Source: a virus. Taken from it: 64,000 nucleotides of DNA. Position 1 is the first letter of the stretch; every line of letters begins with the position of its first letter. The translations under genes and the position numbers were made by a program. Below are positions 16,536 through 27,857 of this stretch, piece by piece. Location of the stretch: IMG/VR virus record IMGVR_UViG_3300045988_141753, one strand, 5' to 3'. The notes below the pieces were generated by a model. That model was not told where the DNA came from. It saw nothing but the letters and a program-made list of their open reading frames with translations, and made no database searches.

Positions 16536-17579
16536 ATGGCTGAAAAGAAAAATAATAAGGGTCTTGGACTTCAGGAGACAAAGGGTAGTTTTCAGATAAG
16601 AGGAAAACTGACAGGCTGTGATAAGGACAAGTTCTATACAGAACTGACAACCTCTACAGGCAAGCCAATGAGAATGGTTAATGTAGGAGTTGAAATTGAC
16701 AAGAATAAGTCTGTATATATAAATCTAAACGGTATGGAAAGAGACGTAGTATACTTCTCTAAGACCGAGGGCAAGGGTAAGGATAGAAAGACAACAACAG
16801 AAAAGGTAAAGTGGGCAGATAGGTTTACTTTTAACAAAAAGGATTTTAGACCTATTGGAATTAATCTTGGCTTGACAAAGGTTACTGACTCAACAGGTAA
16901 GGAAGTAAACGACAAGAAGATACTTGTTGAATACGACGCCTGCAAGTACATAGCAGATAATGCAAAGGACGGTATGTCCGTGTTTGTCAGAGGAAAGAAT
17001 GAGTTTTCCACCTATCAGGATAGACACCAGACAAGATTTGTTCCGTCACAAGTGTCGCTTTGTAAGGACGTAGATTTTGACTCAGAAGAATTTAATGTGA
17101 TTGGCAATTTTGAACAGGTCATTGTATTCATGGGCATTGAAAAGAATGATGAGGGTAACTTCACCGTATCTGCAAAGATTGTAACATACGATTCTATAGA
17201 AGATGCCGAATTTATTATTGACAAGTCAAAGTCAAAGTTTGCAAGCACTCTAAGAAAGCTCAAGCCATATACAGCCCTTAAAGTATTCGGAGATATCGTA
17301 ATAGAACATGATATTGAAGAAATTGAGGAAGATGATGATGACGGTTGGGGCGAAAGCAACCCTATGGACAGAGTGAACAATCCGACAAAGAGAATACTTC
17401 TCATTACTGGAGCTGATAAGGATAGCGTAGATACAGAGCTATATTCGGAGGAGATAATTGATAAGGCTATCGCAAAGACAAAGGCTACTGAAAACGCAAA
17501 TAAGGACTTTGGCTCTGATGATAATGATTGGGGTTCTGTTTCAGATAATGATCTGACAGACGAGGATGATGAATGGTAA
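16536..17579 (+). CDS. putative ssDNA-binding protein with acidic C-terminal tail
   Basis: Sits at the head of the replication/recombination module. The long acidic tail ending DLTDEDDEW resembles an SSB protein-interaction tip. The ATG at 16536 follows an AAAGGAGA RBS. The fold was not verified. Confidence 0.45.
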   Translation: MAEKKNNKGLGLQETKGSFQIRGKLTGCDKDKFYTELTTSTGKPMRMVNVGVEIDKNKSVYINLNGMERDVVYFSKTEGKGKDRKTTTEKVKWADRFTFNKKDFRPIGINLGLTKVTDSTGKEVNDKKILVEYDACKYIADNAKDGMSVFVRGKNEFSTYQDRHQTRFVPSQVSLCKDVDFDSEEFNVIGNFEQVIVFMGIEKNDEGNFTVSAKIVTYDSIEDAEFIIDKSKSKFASTLRKLKPYTALKVFGDIVIEHDIEEIEEDDDDGWGESNPMDRVNNPTKRILLITGADKDSVDTELYSEEIIDKAIAKTKATENANKDFGSDDNDWGSVSDNDLTDEDDEW

Positions 17580-17637
17580 ATTGTTGCTACTCACCATTAT
17601 TAATAACGAAACGATAAAATAAAAGGAGATAAAAAAT

Positions 17638-18060
17638 ATGGCTAGAGCAAGAAAAGCGACACAGACACAGAGCAAGCTTCAGATGATACTTTTTGGAGAA
17701 GAAGGTACAGGCAAGTCAACACTTGCCTTGCAGCTTGCTTATTTTAAAAGACCTGACGGCAAGCCATTTAGAGTTCTTTACATAGATAATGAGTGTGGTT
17801 CTATTGATGATTTTATCGGTGGACTCGAAGCTGACAGCATTAACACTGAGAATATTTATATCGTGTACACTCAATCCCTTGGTGAAACAAGAGAATACAT
17901 AAATAAGGTTAAGAACAAGGAAGATTTTCATGTTCTCGATGATGAGGGTAACGAAACAGACGAGGTTGTACTTGACGGAGATGGTGAACCATTCAGAGCT
18001 GATGCTATTGTAGTTGATGGTACAACTATTCTTAACCTGACAACTAAGCAGAAAACTGTG
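17638..18060 (+). CDS. Sak4-like / AAA_24 RecA-superfamily ATPase, exon 1
   Basis: Walker A GEEGTGKST and Walker B-like AIVVDG. The ORF runs into a stop at 18073. The exon end is unresolved within 18057-18063. Confidence 0.65.
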
Positions 18061-19525
18061 TATATTATTCTTTAATATGTGCAGAAAACTGTGCTAATAT
18101 AGCGATATGTTAGTAACCATAATTTTAATTGTTGAGTAGATAAAACATAAAGAAGGATGTGACTTAATGCAAAAGTCAGAAAGGTGGATGTCACAAGAAA
18201 AATATGAAAAAAGAATACTTGAAATAATAGAACGTGAGGCTATTCCTTATGAATATCTTGGAATGGATGAGTATATTGGGAACAAAACAAAAGTTAATTT
18301 CCGATGTAAAATACATAATAATGTGTTTAAAACGGTAATTAATAATTTTTTAACAAGACATTCGGGATGCTGTGAATGTAGCCAAAATAAAAGATGGAAC
18401 TGGCAGGAACGTATTCAACAGTGTGAAGAAAGAATAAGAAAAGAAAATCTTCCATACACTTTCACTATTGATAAAACAAAATATAAAAATCAACGTTCGC
18501 CAATTAATATTCATTGTAATCATTGCGATAAAGATTGGACAACAACTATCGCACAATTTCTTAACAAAAAATGTAAATGTCCCTCATGTACTCCTTATCA
18601 CAGACGATATTCTATTGAAGATAGAAAAAAACAAGTTCTGCAAATAATTGATTTAGAAAAATTGGATTACCGTTTAATAAAAATCGATGATGATTATAAC
18701 ACAAAGTATTCAATGACTAAATTGCACTTGTATTGTAACAAATGCGAATGTGAGTGGACAACAAAAATAAACGATTTCGTAAATTCAGGTCATCGTTGTC
18801 CACATTGTAACAAGTCGACAGGAGAAACAAAAATTTCTACTTTCTTAAAAGAACATAATGTGAATTTTGAAAGAGAATACAGATTTAATGACTGTAAATA
18901 TAAATACCGATTGCCATTTGATTTTTATTTACAGGAATATAATCTTTGTATTGAATATGATGGCATACAGCATTTTAAACCAGTTACATTTGCAGGAAAA
19001 AATGATTTATTTTGTACTGAAAGATTTAGGCAAACAGTAGAAAAAGATAATATTAAAAATCAGTTTTGTTTAGACAGAGGAATTAAATTGCTCAGATTTA
19101 ATTATCTACATTCAGATAGTTATATACAAAACACATTACTCAACGAATTAAAATTAGAAGATGTTAAATGCGAGGAAATCTTAAAGGCTTAATCTACCAC
19201 ACTATATAATTGAAAACGATAAAATAGAATGGTTACGAAAGTAGAAAAAAAGATTAAGTATGCTCTATGGTTAAATCCTAATGAGTAGCTGTTTGTACAG
19301 CAAAGTTGATGTTTCGCAGGGAATTTCCTAAGTTGCATATGCAATATGGAAAACCTTCAACGACTATCTCACTTGGTTGGTGAGAGTAAACCCACAAGCT
19401 AATGGTGGAAGAAAAATATCACTCTTTTAATTTGAAAGAGGAACATATAGTCTGCACTTGTATGAAAATACAAGAAGTTCATAAGAGAACTGCTACAGTT
19501 TTGCGAGCTGTAGTGAACATAATGG
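18061..19525 (+). mobile_element. group I intron carrying a homing endonuclease gene (boundaries approximate)
   Basis: Splits a single ATPase reading frame. The 3' part has GACTA (19362-19366) pairing with TAGTC (19448-19452) as a P7 candidate. It ends ...AACATAATGG, so a terminal G is available. Confidence 0.65.
18167..19192 (+). CDS. intron-encoded homing endonuclease, Vsr / PD-(D/E)XK-like with repeated Zn-ribbon modules
   Basis: Three C/H-rich modules (e.g. CNKCECEW...GHRCPHCNKS). The C-terminal segment LPFDFYLQEYNLCIEYDGIQHF...EKDNIKNQF fits a Vsr-like nuclease core. Confidence 0.65.
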   Translation: MQKSERWMSQEKYEKRILEIIEREAIPYEYLGMDEYIGNKTKVNFRCKIHNNVFKTVINNFLTRHSGCCECSQNKRWNWQERIQQCEERIRKENLPYTFTIDKTKYKNQRSPINIHCNHCDKDWTTTIAQFLNKKCKCPSCTPYHRRYSIEDRKKQVLQIIDLEKLDYRLIKIDDDYNTKYSMTKLHLYCNKCECEWTTKINDFVNSGHRCPHCNKSTGETKISTFLKEHNVNFEREYRFNDCKYKYRLPFDFYLQEYNLCIEYDGIQHFKPVTFAGKNDLFCTERFRQTVEKDNIKNQFCLDRGIKLLRFNYLHSDSYIQNTLLNELKLEDVKCEEILKA

Positions 19526-20281
19526 GCACTTGTGGAGTTCTCTAAGAAGAGAAACACTGTCAAAGCAAAGAAAAAGGAACTAACTGGCATTGAAAAAACT
19601 GTAACTATTGAAGGTGCAGGACTTGAACTTAAAGATTATCAGACAGTTAATTTTAAGGGACAGGATTTGATACTTGATCTCATGTCCTGCGGCGCACACT
19701 TTATTGTGACCGCAAGAGAAACAGACGAAAAGGTTTCCGTAAAGGGTGACGATGGTAAAATTACCAGCGTTGCAACAGGCAGAAAAATTCCTGACGGCTT
19801 TAAGCAGATGAACTATAATGTTAAAACTGTTGTAAGAATGTACATTAATGAGGATAATAATTTCTGTGCGTATATCAGCAAGGACAGGACAGGTGTACAC
19901 GATAAGGAAACAGTTGAAGATTTGTCACTTGTTGATTGGCAGGTCATTATTGATAGAACAAAGGACAAGAAAGAGTTTTCTGTTAAGAATGATCTCACAA
20001 AGGCTGTCGATATTGAGCAGGATATTTATACAAAGGAAGTTATGGGCAAGGTTGGAGAACCAGTTGATAGTATTGAAACAAATGAAAACTCTGCCGAAAA
20101 TCAGACAACAGAACTTCTTGATAAGATTTCAGCCGTTATGAAAAGTCTTAATCCTGTCGGTAAGACAAAGGCAAAGGAGGCTCTTTCTGCCGAAAGTCTG
20201 CCTGTTAAGTCAACAGAAATGAAGAAGATTACAGATATTAAGACTCTTGAAAGGGTTCTTGAAGTTATTTCTAAGATTTAA
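19526..20281 (+). CDS. Sak4-like ATPase, exon 2
   Basis: The frame is open from 19523. ...GAHFIVTARE...DRTG continues the AAA_24-type core. Confidence 0.6.
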   Translation, partial: ALVEFSKKRNTVKAKKKELTGIEKTVTIEGAGLELKDYQTVNFKGQDLILDLMSCGAHFIVTARETDEKVSVKGDDGKITSVATGRKIPDGFKQMNYNVKTVVRMYINEDNNFCAYISKDRTGVHDKETVEDLSLVDWQVIIDRTKDKKEFSVKNDLTKAVDIEQDIYTKEVMGKVGEPVDSIETNENSAENQTTELLDKISAVMKSLNPVGKTKAKEALSAESLPVKSTEMKKITDIKTLERVLEVISKI

Positions 20282-20337
20282 TTTTTTATAAATGAAGCAG
20301 TGAGGGTTATTCCCTCACTTGCCTTTATTTAGTTATT

Positions 20338-20841
20338 TTGATTAAGGCGGTGAAATACTTGGCAAAAAGAAGAACAAAAGAACAGATAGAGAAAGACAAA
20401 CAGGACAAAAAAACAAGAATACAATTTACAGATTGGCTATATAAACAATATGATATTTCATTCTTGCCAAAATATTTTTTTGTAAATCTTGATAAGGTGT
20501 ATAAAGGCACTTATAAGAATTTGAATAAACCTGTTCCTGTCGAAGATTTATGGGATATGTGGCGAAAGAAAATGTCATTTCTTCGTAAAGTACACGAGTT
20601 TAATACTCGTAAAGGTAAAAAAATCGAAGGTGCAGCGTTAGTTACATATGATCTCGCTATTATCCTATCTAAATATGATGGTTATTTGAAATGGAAAGAA
20701 GAACAGGCATTGGCTAAAACAGGTACAAGCGAAGAACAAGTTAATATAGATTATGAAAAAATGGCAACATCAAAGTCTCCCAAAGAACGTGATAAAAATA
20801 ATGACAGCCTTGATATTGACAGTATCATTGATGAAATTTAG
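20338..20841 (+). CDS. hypothetical replication-module protein
   Basis: 167-aa basic ORF directly upstream of the helicase; non-ATG start in the track. Confidence 0.45.
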   Translation: MIKAVKYLAKRRTKEQIEKDKQDKKTRIQFTDWLYKQYDISFLPKYFFVNLDKVYKGTYKNLNKPVPVEDLWDMWRKKMSFLRKVHEFNTRKGKKIEGAALVTYDLAIILSKYDGYLKWKEEQALAKTGTSEEQVNIDYEKMATSKSPKERDKNNDSLDIDSIIDEI

Positions 20842-20845
20842 GTAG

Positions 20846-22378
20846 GTGACAAACATGGATATTATAACAAACGTTCCTACCGAAGTTCTATTTGTGGGTT
20901 GTATTTACAAACAGCCTGATTTGCTGGTAAATTACGGACAATATATCCGTAGTAAATACGATTTTTCAGATGAAGTCACTCGTTTTTTTTACGATTCAGC
21001 TGAAATAATCTATAAAACGAGAACACAAACATTCAATAAAACTACTATTTTAACTTATTTTTCAGAAGAGCCTGAAAGACTTTCTTTGTACAAAAAGTAT
21101 GGCGGTTGGAAAACTCTTGACAGTTGGATGAAAATTGCTATAACCGATGACATTGGCAAGTATCAGGAAATCATTAAAAAGTATTCTTTGTTGAGAGAGT
21201 ATCAAAGAAATGGCTTTGATATTACAAAAATTGTACAACATAAAAAGTTTGAACAATTTACGGCTTCAGACATCTATAGATTAATTAGAGGTAAAGCAGA
21301 TAGAATACATACGGTGATCTTGACAAATCAAGAAGCCGAAATTCTGAATAATCATATTAAGCAATCGCTTATTGCGTGTATGGAAAAGCCTGATTTGGGT
21401 GTATCACTTCCCTTTCCTATCCTAAATGATATATTTAGGGGCTGTAAACTAGGCTCGACAATGGCTATTGGTATGCTTTCCAATGCAGGAAAATCACGAT
21501 TTATGACAAAAATAATTGCTTATTTAACGCTTGTAAAGCATGAAAGAGTCTTTGTAATGCTTAATGAAATGGGTGTGGACGATCTCAGAAAGTGTTTAAT
21601 TACAACGTGTATAAACAATGCTGAGTTTCAAAAGTTACACGGCATAAAGTTGAAAAAGCCTGAAAAGGAACTAACACTTGGTTTGTACAAGGATCAATCA
21701 GGTGAATACATATATCAGAAAACAGACGATTGGGGAGAGTCAACAGAAACTTTACAAGAGTACATTCAAAGGGTCGCTGAAAATTCAGAGGAATATGTAA
21801 AAATAATGAAAATTGCTGAATGGATTGAGGCTGAAACTAATGAGCTTATTCTCGTTAAGGATATGGCTGGCGGTTATGACGATAAAACGCTTGAATTTGA
21901 AATACGGAAAGCTAATCTAACTCATGGTGCAAAATACTTCTTCTACGATACTTGCAAGCAAGACACGCAAGCTACAGGAGATTGGGCGGCTTTAAAAGCA
22001 ACAGTAACAAAGCTCACTGATTTAGCAAAGCAGTTGAATATGTTTGGCTATCTTTCAATTCAGCTTACAGACGATACGGAGTTTTGTAAACCTGACGAGC
22101 TTAATTCTAATAATATTGCTAATGCAAAACAGCTAAAGCATATTATATGGACGATGACACTGTTTAAAGAAATATCTGTTGGAGATTTTCATAAATATCG
22201 CTATGTTCAGCATGATGCTGAATGGGGCAAAGATGTTGAATGTGAACTTAAAGTTGGCAAGAGGTATTATGTGGGCAATGTAGACAAAAATAGATTTGGT
22301 TGTAAAAAGAAAGTTGTATTTGAAGTTGACTTGGATCTAAACACTTGGTATGAAGTCGGAGAATTAAGAAGAAAGTGA
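20846..22378 (+). CDS. dnaB: DnaB-like replicative helicase
   Basis: Walker A-like GMLSNAGKSRF, then a RecA-fold C-terminal domain pattern; sits next to the primase. Confidence 0.7.
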   Translation: MTNMDIITNVPTEVLFVGCIYKQPDLLVNYGQYIRSKYDFSDEVTRFFYDSAEIIYKTRTQTFNKTTILTYFSEEPERLSLYKKYGGWKTLDSWMKIAITDDIGKYQEIIKKYSLLREYQRNGFDITKIVQHKKFEQFTASDIYRLIRGKADRIHTVILTNQEAEILNNHIKQSLIACMEKPDLGVSLPFPILNDIFRGCKLGSTMAIGMLSNAGKSRFMTKIIAYLTLVKHERVFVMLNEMGVDDLRKCLITTCINNAEFQKLHGIKLKKPEKELTLGLYKDQSGEYIYQKTDDWGESTETLQEYIQRVAENSEEYVKIMKIAEWIEAETNELILVKDMAGGYDDKTLEFEIRKANLTHGAKYFFYDTCKQDTQATGDWAALKATVTKLTDLAKQLNMFGYLSIQLTDDTEFCKPDELNSNNIANAKQLKHIIWTMTLFKEISVGDFHKYRYVQHDAEWGKDVECELKVGKRYYVGNVDKNRFGCKKKVVFEVDLDLNTWYEVGELRRK

Positions 22379-22385
22379 GGATAAA

Positions 22386-23435
22386 ATGGATATTTCTGTC
22401 CTCAAAGAAAAGATACTAGAGAACAATTATGTTCCTGTCATACTTGACGAAATAGGTTGTCACCATATTTCCTGCAAAGTAGGTTATGTTCAGTGTGGCA
22501 ATCCTGATGGAGATAATCAAGGGGCGATCACCGTTTATCTCAATGAAGGTCTTTTAACTGTTGACTACACACGAGAAATACATAGTAGTTCAGGCTTGGA
22601 TCAGATAGATATTTTTGACCTTGTGCAATTTTTTTGTAGTTGTACGTTTTATGAAGCTGTTCGCAAAGTTTGTAATTGGTGCGGTATTGACTATTATAAA
22701 GACGAATATAACGATTTGCCCGAAAGTCTAAAGTTCACAAAATTTATATCTGAAATGGCAGATGATGAGTCTAATTACGAAGAAATGCAACCTTTAAAGC
22801 CAATTAAGGAAAATGTTCTATCGTACTACTTCCCTGCCGTTAATGATTATTTCTTGAAAGATAATATCTCATATGATACTCAAATGCTGTTTGAAATAGG
22901 TTATGACGATGTTTCCAATCGAATTACAATTCCTGTAAGAGATGAAATGGGGACATTGGTCGGTGTTAAGGGTAGACTATTTTTAAAGCAAGAAGAAATG
23001 ACAGAAGAAGAACAAAGAGTTAAGTATATATATTTGGAGCGTTGTAACAGAGCTAGACTATTATATGGACTTTATTTATCCGAAAAATATATAGCTCGGA
23101 CAGGCTACGTTTATGTGGTTGAAGCTGAAAAAGGTGTTATGCAACTTTGGAACATGGGAATAAAAAATTGCGTAGCAACTTGCGGTAAGAAAATAAGCCA
23201 ATATCAAATAAATATGCTGACAAGACTGAGTTCTCATATTATATTTTGCTTTGATAAAGATGTAACCATAGACGAGTTAAACGATATAGCGGACAAATTT
23301 CTGGATTGTATTCAAATCAGTGCTATTGTTGATACTGAAAATTTACTGGAAGAAAAAGAAAGCCCAACAGATAATCCCGATAAGTTTAAACAGTTAATTG
23401 CCAAATATACGCAAGTTATAAAGAATGGGAAGTGA
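22386..23435 (+). CDS. dnaG: DNA primase (Toprim domain)
   Basis: VVEAEKGVMQ...VATCGKK...FCFDKD matches Toprim E...DxD spacing; N-terminal Cys/His region. Confidence 0.7.
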   Translation: MDISVLKEKILENNYVPVILDEIGCHHISCKVGYVQCGNPDGDNQGAITVYLNEGLLTVDYTREIHSSSGLDQIDIFDLVQFFCSCTFYEAVRKVCNWCGIDYYKDEYNDLPESLKFTKFISEMADDESNYEEMQPLKPIKENVLSYYFPAVNDYFLKDNISYDTQMLFEIGYDDVSNRITIPVRDEMGTLVGVKGRLFLKQEEMTEEEQRVKYIYLERCNRARLLYGLYLSEKYIARTGYVYVVEAEKGVMQLWNMGIKNCVATCGKKISQYQINMLTRLSSHIIFCFDKDVTIDELNDIADKFLDCIQISAIVDTENLLEEKESPTDNPDKFKQLIAKYTQVIKNGK

Positions 23436-25132
23436 AACAACGAAACATGAATTATAAAATAATAGGCAATAATGATTATTACCATATTCCAATATCTATT
23501 TTTACTAATAGAGGAATAACTAACGTTAGTGAATACACTCATTTAACCGATGATGTATTAATTTCTTATGATAATCTTGACAATATTAATGAAGCGGTTC
23601 AAATGTTAGATAAACACATTAAAAGCAATAGTAAAATAGCGATTATTGTTGATTGCGATGTTGACGGTCAGTGCAGTGCTGCTATGATGTATTCTTATTT
23701 GAAAAGGCTTAACAAAGAAATTGATATTACATATCTGATACATTCTGGAAAGCAACATGGTATTTCTTCTGAGATAGAAATGCCTGAAAGCACAAACTTG
23801 TTGATTATTCCCGATGCAGGAAGTAATGATACTGAACAATGCAAGCAGTTGACAGAACAGGGTGTTGATATACTTGTTCTCGATCACCATGATATTGAAA
23901 GAACAAACCCATATGCGGTTATAGTAAACAATCAGTGTAGTTCAGAATACTCTAATAAAGAATTATGCGGTGCAGGAATTGTATATAAATTTCTACAAGC
24001 ACTCGATGATTGCTACTGGAATGATTATGCCGATGATTACCTTAACCTTGTGGCACTAGCTAATATTTCTGACATTATGGATTTACGTTCTTTTGAAACA
24101 AAAAGGCTGATTGATAAAGGTCTTTATAACGTCACAAATAAATGCTTTGAAGAATTTATTAATGCTCAAAATTATTCCATGAAAGGCAAAATTAATCCTC
24201 ATACTATTGCATTTTGCATTACTTCCCTGATAAACGCAATGTGTAGAGTTGGTGATATGGAAGAAAAGGACTTACTTTTCAGAGCGTTTATTGAACAGGA
24301 CGAAGAATTTGAATATAAAAAACGTGGCGAAACTGAAAATACAAAAGAAAATATTTATCAAAGAGCCGTAAGACTCTGTAAAAACGCTAAATCAAGACAG
24401 GATAATCAAGTGAAAAAGTTACTTCCTGCGTTAAGGAAAAGCGTAACTAATGACAAAAATACAGTTTTATTCTTAAAAGGTAACAATATCCCAAGTGTAT
24501 TTTCTGGATTAATAGCCATGAAAATGGCTAGTTATGCGAAAAAACCTTGCCTAATACTCCGCAAAGACGAAGAAAATAATGTATATAGAGGGTCTGCAAG
24601 AAATTTTGACAACAGTTATGTGCCAGACTTAAAGGCTGAACTACTTAAAACAGGTCTGTTTAATTGGTGTCAGGGTCACGCAAATGCTTTCGGTTTTGAG
24701 ATAAAAGCTGAGAACGTGGCTGAAGCAATTAAAGTTTTAAATAAGAATATTAATTCAGACAATCCTTTGCCAATAGATTTTTGTTTTGATTATGACGAAT
24801 TTAATATTGGAATGATTTCCGATGTTACATCATTGGAGAATTGTTACGGCACAGGAATTAAAGAGCCTTTGTTTGTCATTAATAATATAGTTTTGGAGCA
24901 TAACCAAGGCGTTGTCATGGGTAAAAATGAAGATACATGGAAGTTTATTACTGACGATAACATTGCAATAATTAAGTTCTGTAATCCTAGTGACGATAAA
25001 GTATTAGACTTTTTGAACGGATATGATGATGAAATTTGTATTAACGCTCTATGTCAATTAAATGTTTCTGAATATAAGGGGGTAATTACCCCACAAATAG
25101 TTATTTTGAAATATGAGGAGGTTGAAAGGTAA
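23432..25132 (+). CDS. DHH-family phosphoesterase / RecJ-like ssDNA exonuclease
   Basis: Motifs [21 protein letters not shown], and DHHA1-like GHANAFG. Confidence 0.8.
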   Translation: MKQRNMNYKIIGNNDYYHIPISIFTNRGITNVSEYTHLTDDVLISYDNLDNINEAVQMLDKHIKSNSKIAIIVDCDVDGQCSAAMMYSYLKRLNKEIDITYLIHSGKQHGISSEIEMPESTNLLIIPDAGSNDTEQCKQLTEQGVDILVLDHHDIERTNPYAVIVNNQCSSEYSNKELCGAGIVYKFLQALDDCYWNDYADDYLNLVALANISDIMDLRSFETKRLIDKGLYNVTNKCFEEFINAQNYSMKGKINPHTIAFCITSLINAMCRVGDMEEKDLLFRAFIEQDEEFEYKKRGETENTKENIYQRAVRLCKNAKSRQDNQVKKLLPALRKSVTNDKNTVLFLKGNNIPSVFSGLIAMKMASYAKKPCLILRKDEENNVYRGSARNFDNSYVPDLKAELLKTGLFNWCQGHANAFGFEIKAENVAEAIKVLNKNINSDNPLPIDFCFDYDEFNIGMISDVTSLENCYGTGIKEPLFVINNIVLEHNQGVVMGKNEDTWKFITDDNIAIIKFCNPSDDKVLDFLNGYDDEICINALCQLNVSEYKGVITPQIVILKYEEVER

Positions 25133-26286
25133 TGTACAGTTCTTTACATAACCATACAATGTACTCGTTATTGGACGGCTATGGTACACCAAAAGAAATG
25201 CTTGAACAATGCCGAAAAGTCGGTATTAAAGCATATGCAGTTACGGAACATGGCAACCAATATTCATGGATATATTTCGATCAACTATCTAAAGAATATC
25301 CTGATATTAAATTAATATATGGCGTAGAGCTGTATGAATGTTTCGATACGGCTGTAAAAGATAAGAACAATAAGTATTTTCATCTTATCGCTCTCGCAAA
25401 AAATGAGAATGGCAGAAAGGCTTTAAATAAAATTATCACTAAGTCAAATCTTGAAAATTTTTATTTTAAGCCTAGAGTGCAGATTTCAGATATTGCTCCG
25501 TATGCAGAAGATTTAATTATTTGTTCTGCTTGTTTGGCTTCAAAATTAGCTAAAGAAAGTGATTTTAATATTTGTGTTAAATATATCGAAGAATACAAAT
25601 CGTTATTTCCTAATTTCTATTTGGAAATGCAATCTCACAAATCAGAAGAACAAACTAATTACAATAAAAAGATCTTGAAACTATCTGAGGTAACAAACAC
25701 TCCATACATAATTACTACAGATAGCCACGCAGCCACAAAGGAAGATTTATATTATCAGGGTAGGCACGTTCAGATAGCCCACGACACTGAAACAATGTCT
25801 GAAAGCTACGAAGGCTGTTATCTGCAAAGCGAAGAAGAAATTCATACAACTATGGATAAACAAATTGGGGTAAATAATGCTACAAAAGGTTTAAATCAGA
25901 CTAATGCTTTAGCTGATATGATAGAAGAAGTACATATGCCTTTTCAAGACCCACAGTTACCGACATATCCCCTGCCAAGTGGATATAAGTCTAATAATGA
26001 ATTTCTTTTACATCTTATTGACGAGGGGTGGAAAACTAGAAATTTTGACAAGCTTTCTAAAGAAGAACAGAAGATAATGAAAGACCGACTAGACTATGAA
26101 ATGGGAATTATTCATCAAATGAATTTTGACGGTTATTTCATTATTGTATGGGACTTTATAAATTATGCGAAAACTCATGGGGTTAAAATAGGTTCAGGAC
26201 GTGGCTCTGGAGCAGGAAGTCTTGTATGCTATACAATAGGTATAACTGACCTAAACCCTATTAAATATGGATTGATTTTTGAGCGT
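25132..26286 (+). CDS. dnaE: DNA polymerase III alpha-like subunit, exon 1 (PHP domain and start of the polymerase core)
   Basis: N-terminus [12 protein letters not shown] is PHP-like. The exon ends [32 protein letters not shown], the conserved DnaE segment that normally continues as ..PD(I)D(I)D. Confidence 0.8.
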
Positions 26287-27857
26287 AGATAGGTTGCACT
26301 CGTTAAATTCCGTTAATTCGGTATCAGCAAACTAAGACTTCTCATTGAGAGCAAACCGATAATGAGACAAGACCATAGACGAATAAGCTGACTAAGAAAC
26401 CCTAAACCTATAACTAGGTGAGATAAAGGGAATACCGAGCCAAATCTTTTAGTGATAAAAGAAAGTGTGTAACGACTAGGAAATGAGACTTTAGAGCCAA
26501 TAATTTCCCACGAAGACGGAATAAAAACTTTTGTCTTTATCATTAGAAAAGGAATGATGAAGATAGAACAATTAAAAAGAAAAGAGACTTTACAAAACGA
26601 AGAACCCAAATGCCTAAAATGTGGCAGGTGTCTTACATCAAAACAAATTAGTAAAAAAAATAAATTTTGTTGTCATGGCTGTGCTACTTCATATAGACAA
26701 ATGGCACATGATCCAAATATTTTTGAAATAAAAGATAAGGATATTTTATATTATTTACTTGGACTTATTTTCACTGATGGCAATTTAGATGTGCTTGAAA
26801 CAAGAGTTACTTTGTCGCTAACGCAAAAAGAAGTTATAGAATATTTATACCCTTATTTTTGTGATGTGGTGAAACGCAAAATATATGAATATCAGCCAAA
26901 GAATTGTAAAAATGCCCATTGCTCTTATACAATTATAAATACTAATTTGGAAACAATAAATGAATTAAAAAAGATGTCTTTAACACCCAAGAACAGTAGT
27001 AACAAGCAATTTCCGAATATACCCTTGCCATATATTTCGTCATTTTTAAGAGGTGTCTTTGATGGCGATGGGTGTATTTTTAATAATACGAACAAAGCGA
27101 ACAACAAAAAATATCAAAAAATAACAATAACCTGTGCTTCTGAAAAATTTGTTGATGGTTTGGTTAATATTTTAAATTATATTGGGCTGACTCCTACAGT
27201 TGTTCTGGACTCAAGACGCAAAAACAATGAAATAAAAACATACTACGTTTGTATTAACAGACAACGTGACGTCAGATACTTTTTTGATTTTATTTATAAA
27301 GATGCACAAATTTATATAAATTATAAAAAGCAAAAATTCGCATAGATACATATGCGATAAAGACAAAAGTTTGAAAAATATAGTCTAAACTGGGTTGGAA
27401 GTAACCAACAGATGAAAATGAGGGAAACCTCCAGAGCATAGGATAAAGAGCCTATGGTTAATAACAAATTGTTCCTCAATCCTGAGAGAGTTTCAATGCC
27501 AGATTGATTTTCGGTCGAGCATATGGGAAACCATATGTGTTAAGTGTGGTGAACCTATAAAATATAGGGTGTTAATTAAACAATTATTATAATTGTAGCC
27601 GCAGGAAATGGCGGTGTGTTAATTAGCTAACAGGGAATATCTAAGTCGTTCTGTCTGACGATATGACAATCCTGTGCGAAGTTGTATTTTATGATTTAAT
27701 AAAAGGTATAGCACTTTGTCAAATTATAAGTACAAAACGTCAAACGACTAGCTCAATGGAGCGTAGGGTCAAGTGAAATTCTTGACTCGAAGTGCCACAC
27801 GCCTAAACGTATTATTAGAACTGTAATACGCATGGTGAAGATATAGTCTATTCATTG
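26287..27857 (+). mobile_element. group I intron with LAGLIDADG ORF (3' boundary +/- a few nt)
   Basis: The exon end GAGCGT can pair with GCACTC (26296-26301), giving a U-G wobble at the splice site. P7 candidate: GACTA 27746-27750 with TAGTC 27844-27848. G residues at 27857 and 27860 could serve as the intron terminus. Confidence 0.7.
26554..27345 (+). CDS. LAGLIDADG homing endonuclease with N-terminal Zn-ribbon
   Basis: Two dodecapeptide motifs, LLGLIFTDGNL and FLRGVFDGDGCI; CxxC...CxxC at the N-terminus. Confidence 0.8.
   Translation: MMKIEQLKRKETLQNEEPKCLKCGRCLTSKQISKKNKFCCHGCATSYRQMAHDPNIFEIKDKDILYYLLGLIFTDGNLDVLETRVTLSLTQKEVIEYLYPYFCDVVKRKIYEYQPKNCKNAHCSYTIINTNLETINELKKMSLTPKNSSNKQFPNIPLPYISSFLRGVFDGDGCIFNNTNKANNKKYQKITITCASEKFVDGLVNILNYIGLTPTVVLDSRRKNNEIKTYYVCINRQRDVRYFFDFIYKDAQIYINYKKQKFA

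Noticed and set aside
26313-26609. Minus-strand 98-aa ORF inside the polymerase intron
   Set aside because: It lies in the structured 5' part of the intron, antisense to the start of the LAGLIDADG gene, and has no motif or RBS.
26287-27857. Intein rather than intron in the polymerase gene (and likewise in the ATPase gene)
   Set aside because: The endonuclease ORFs are out of frame with the host gene and bounded by stop codons, with hundreds of nt of non-coding flank. An intein would be one continuous in-frame ORF.
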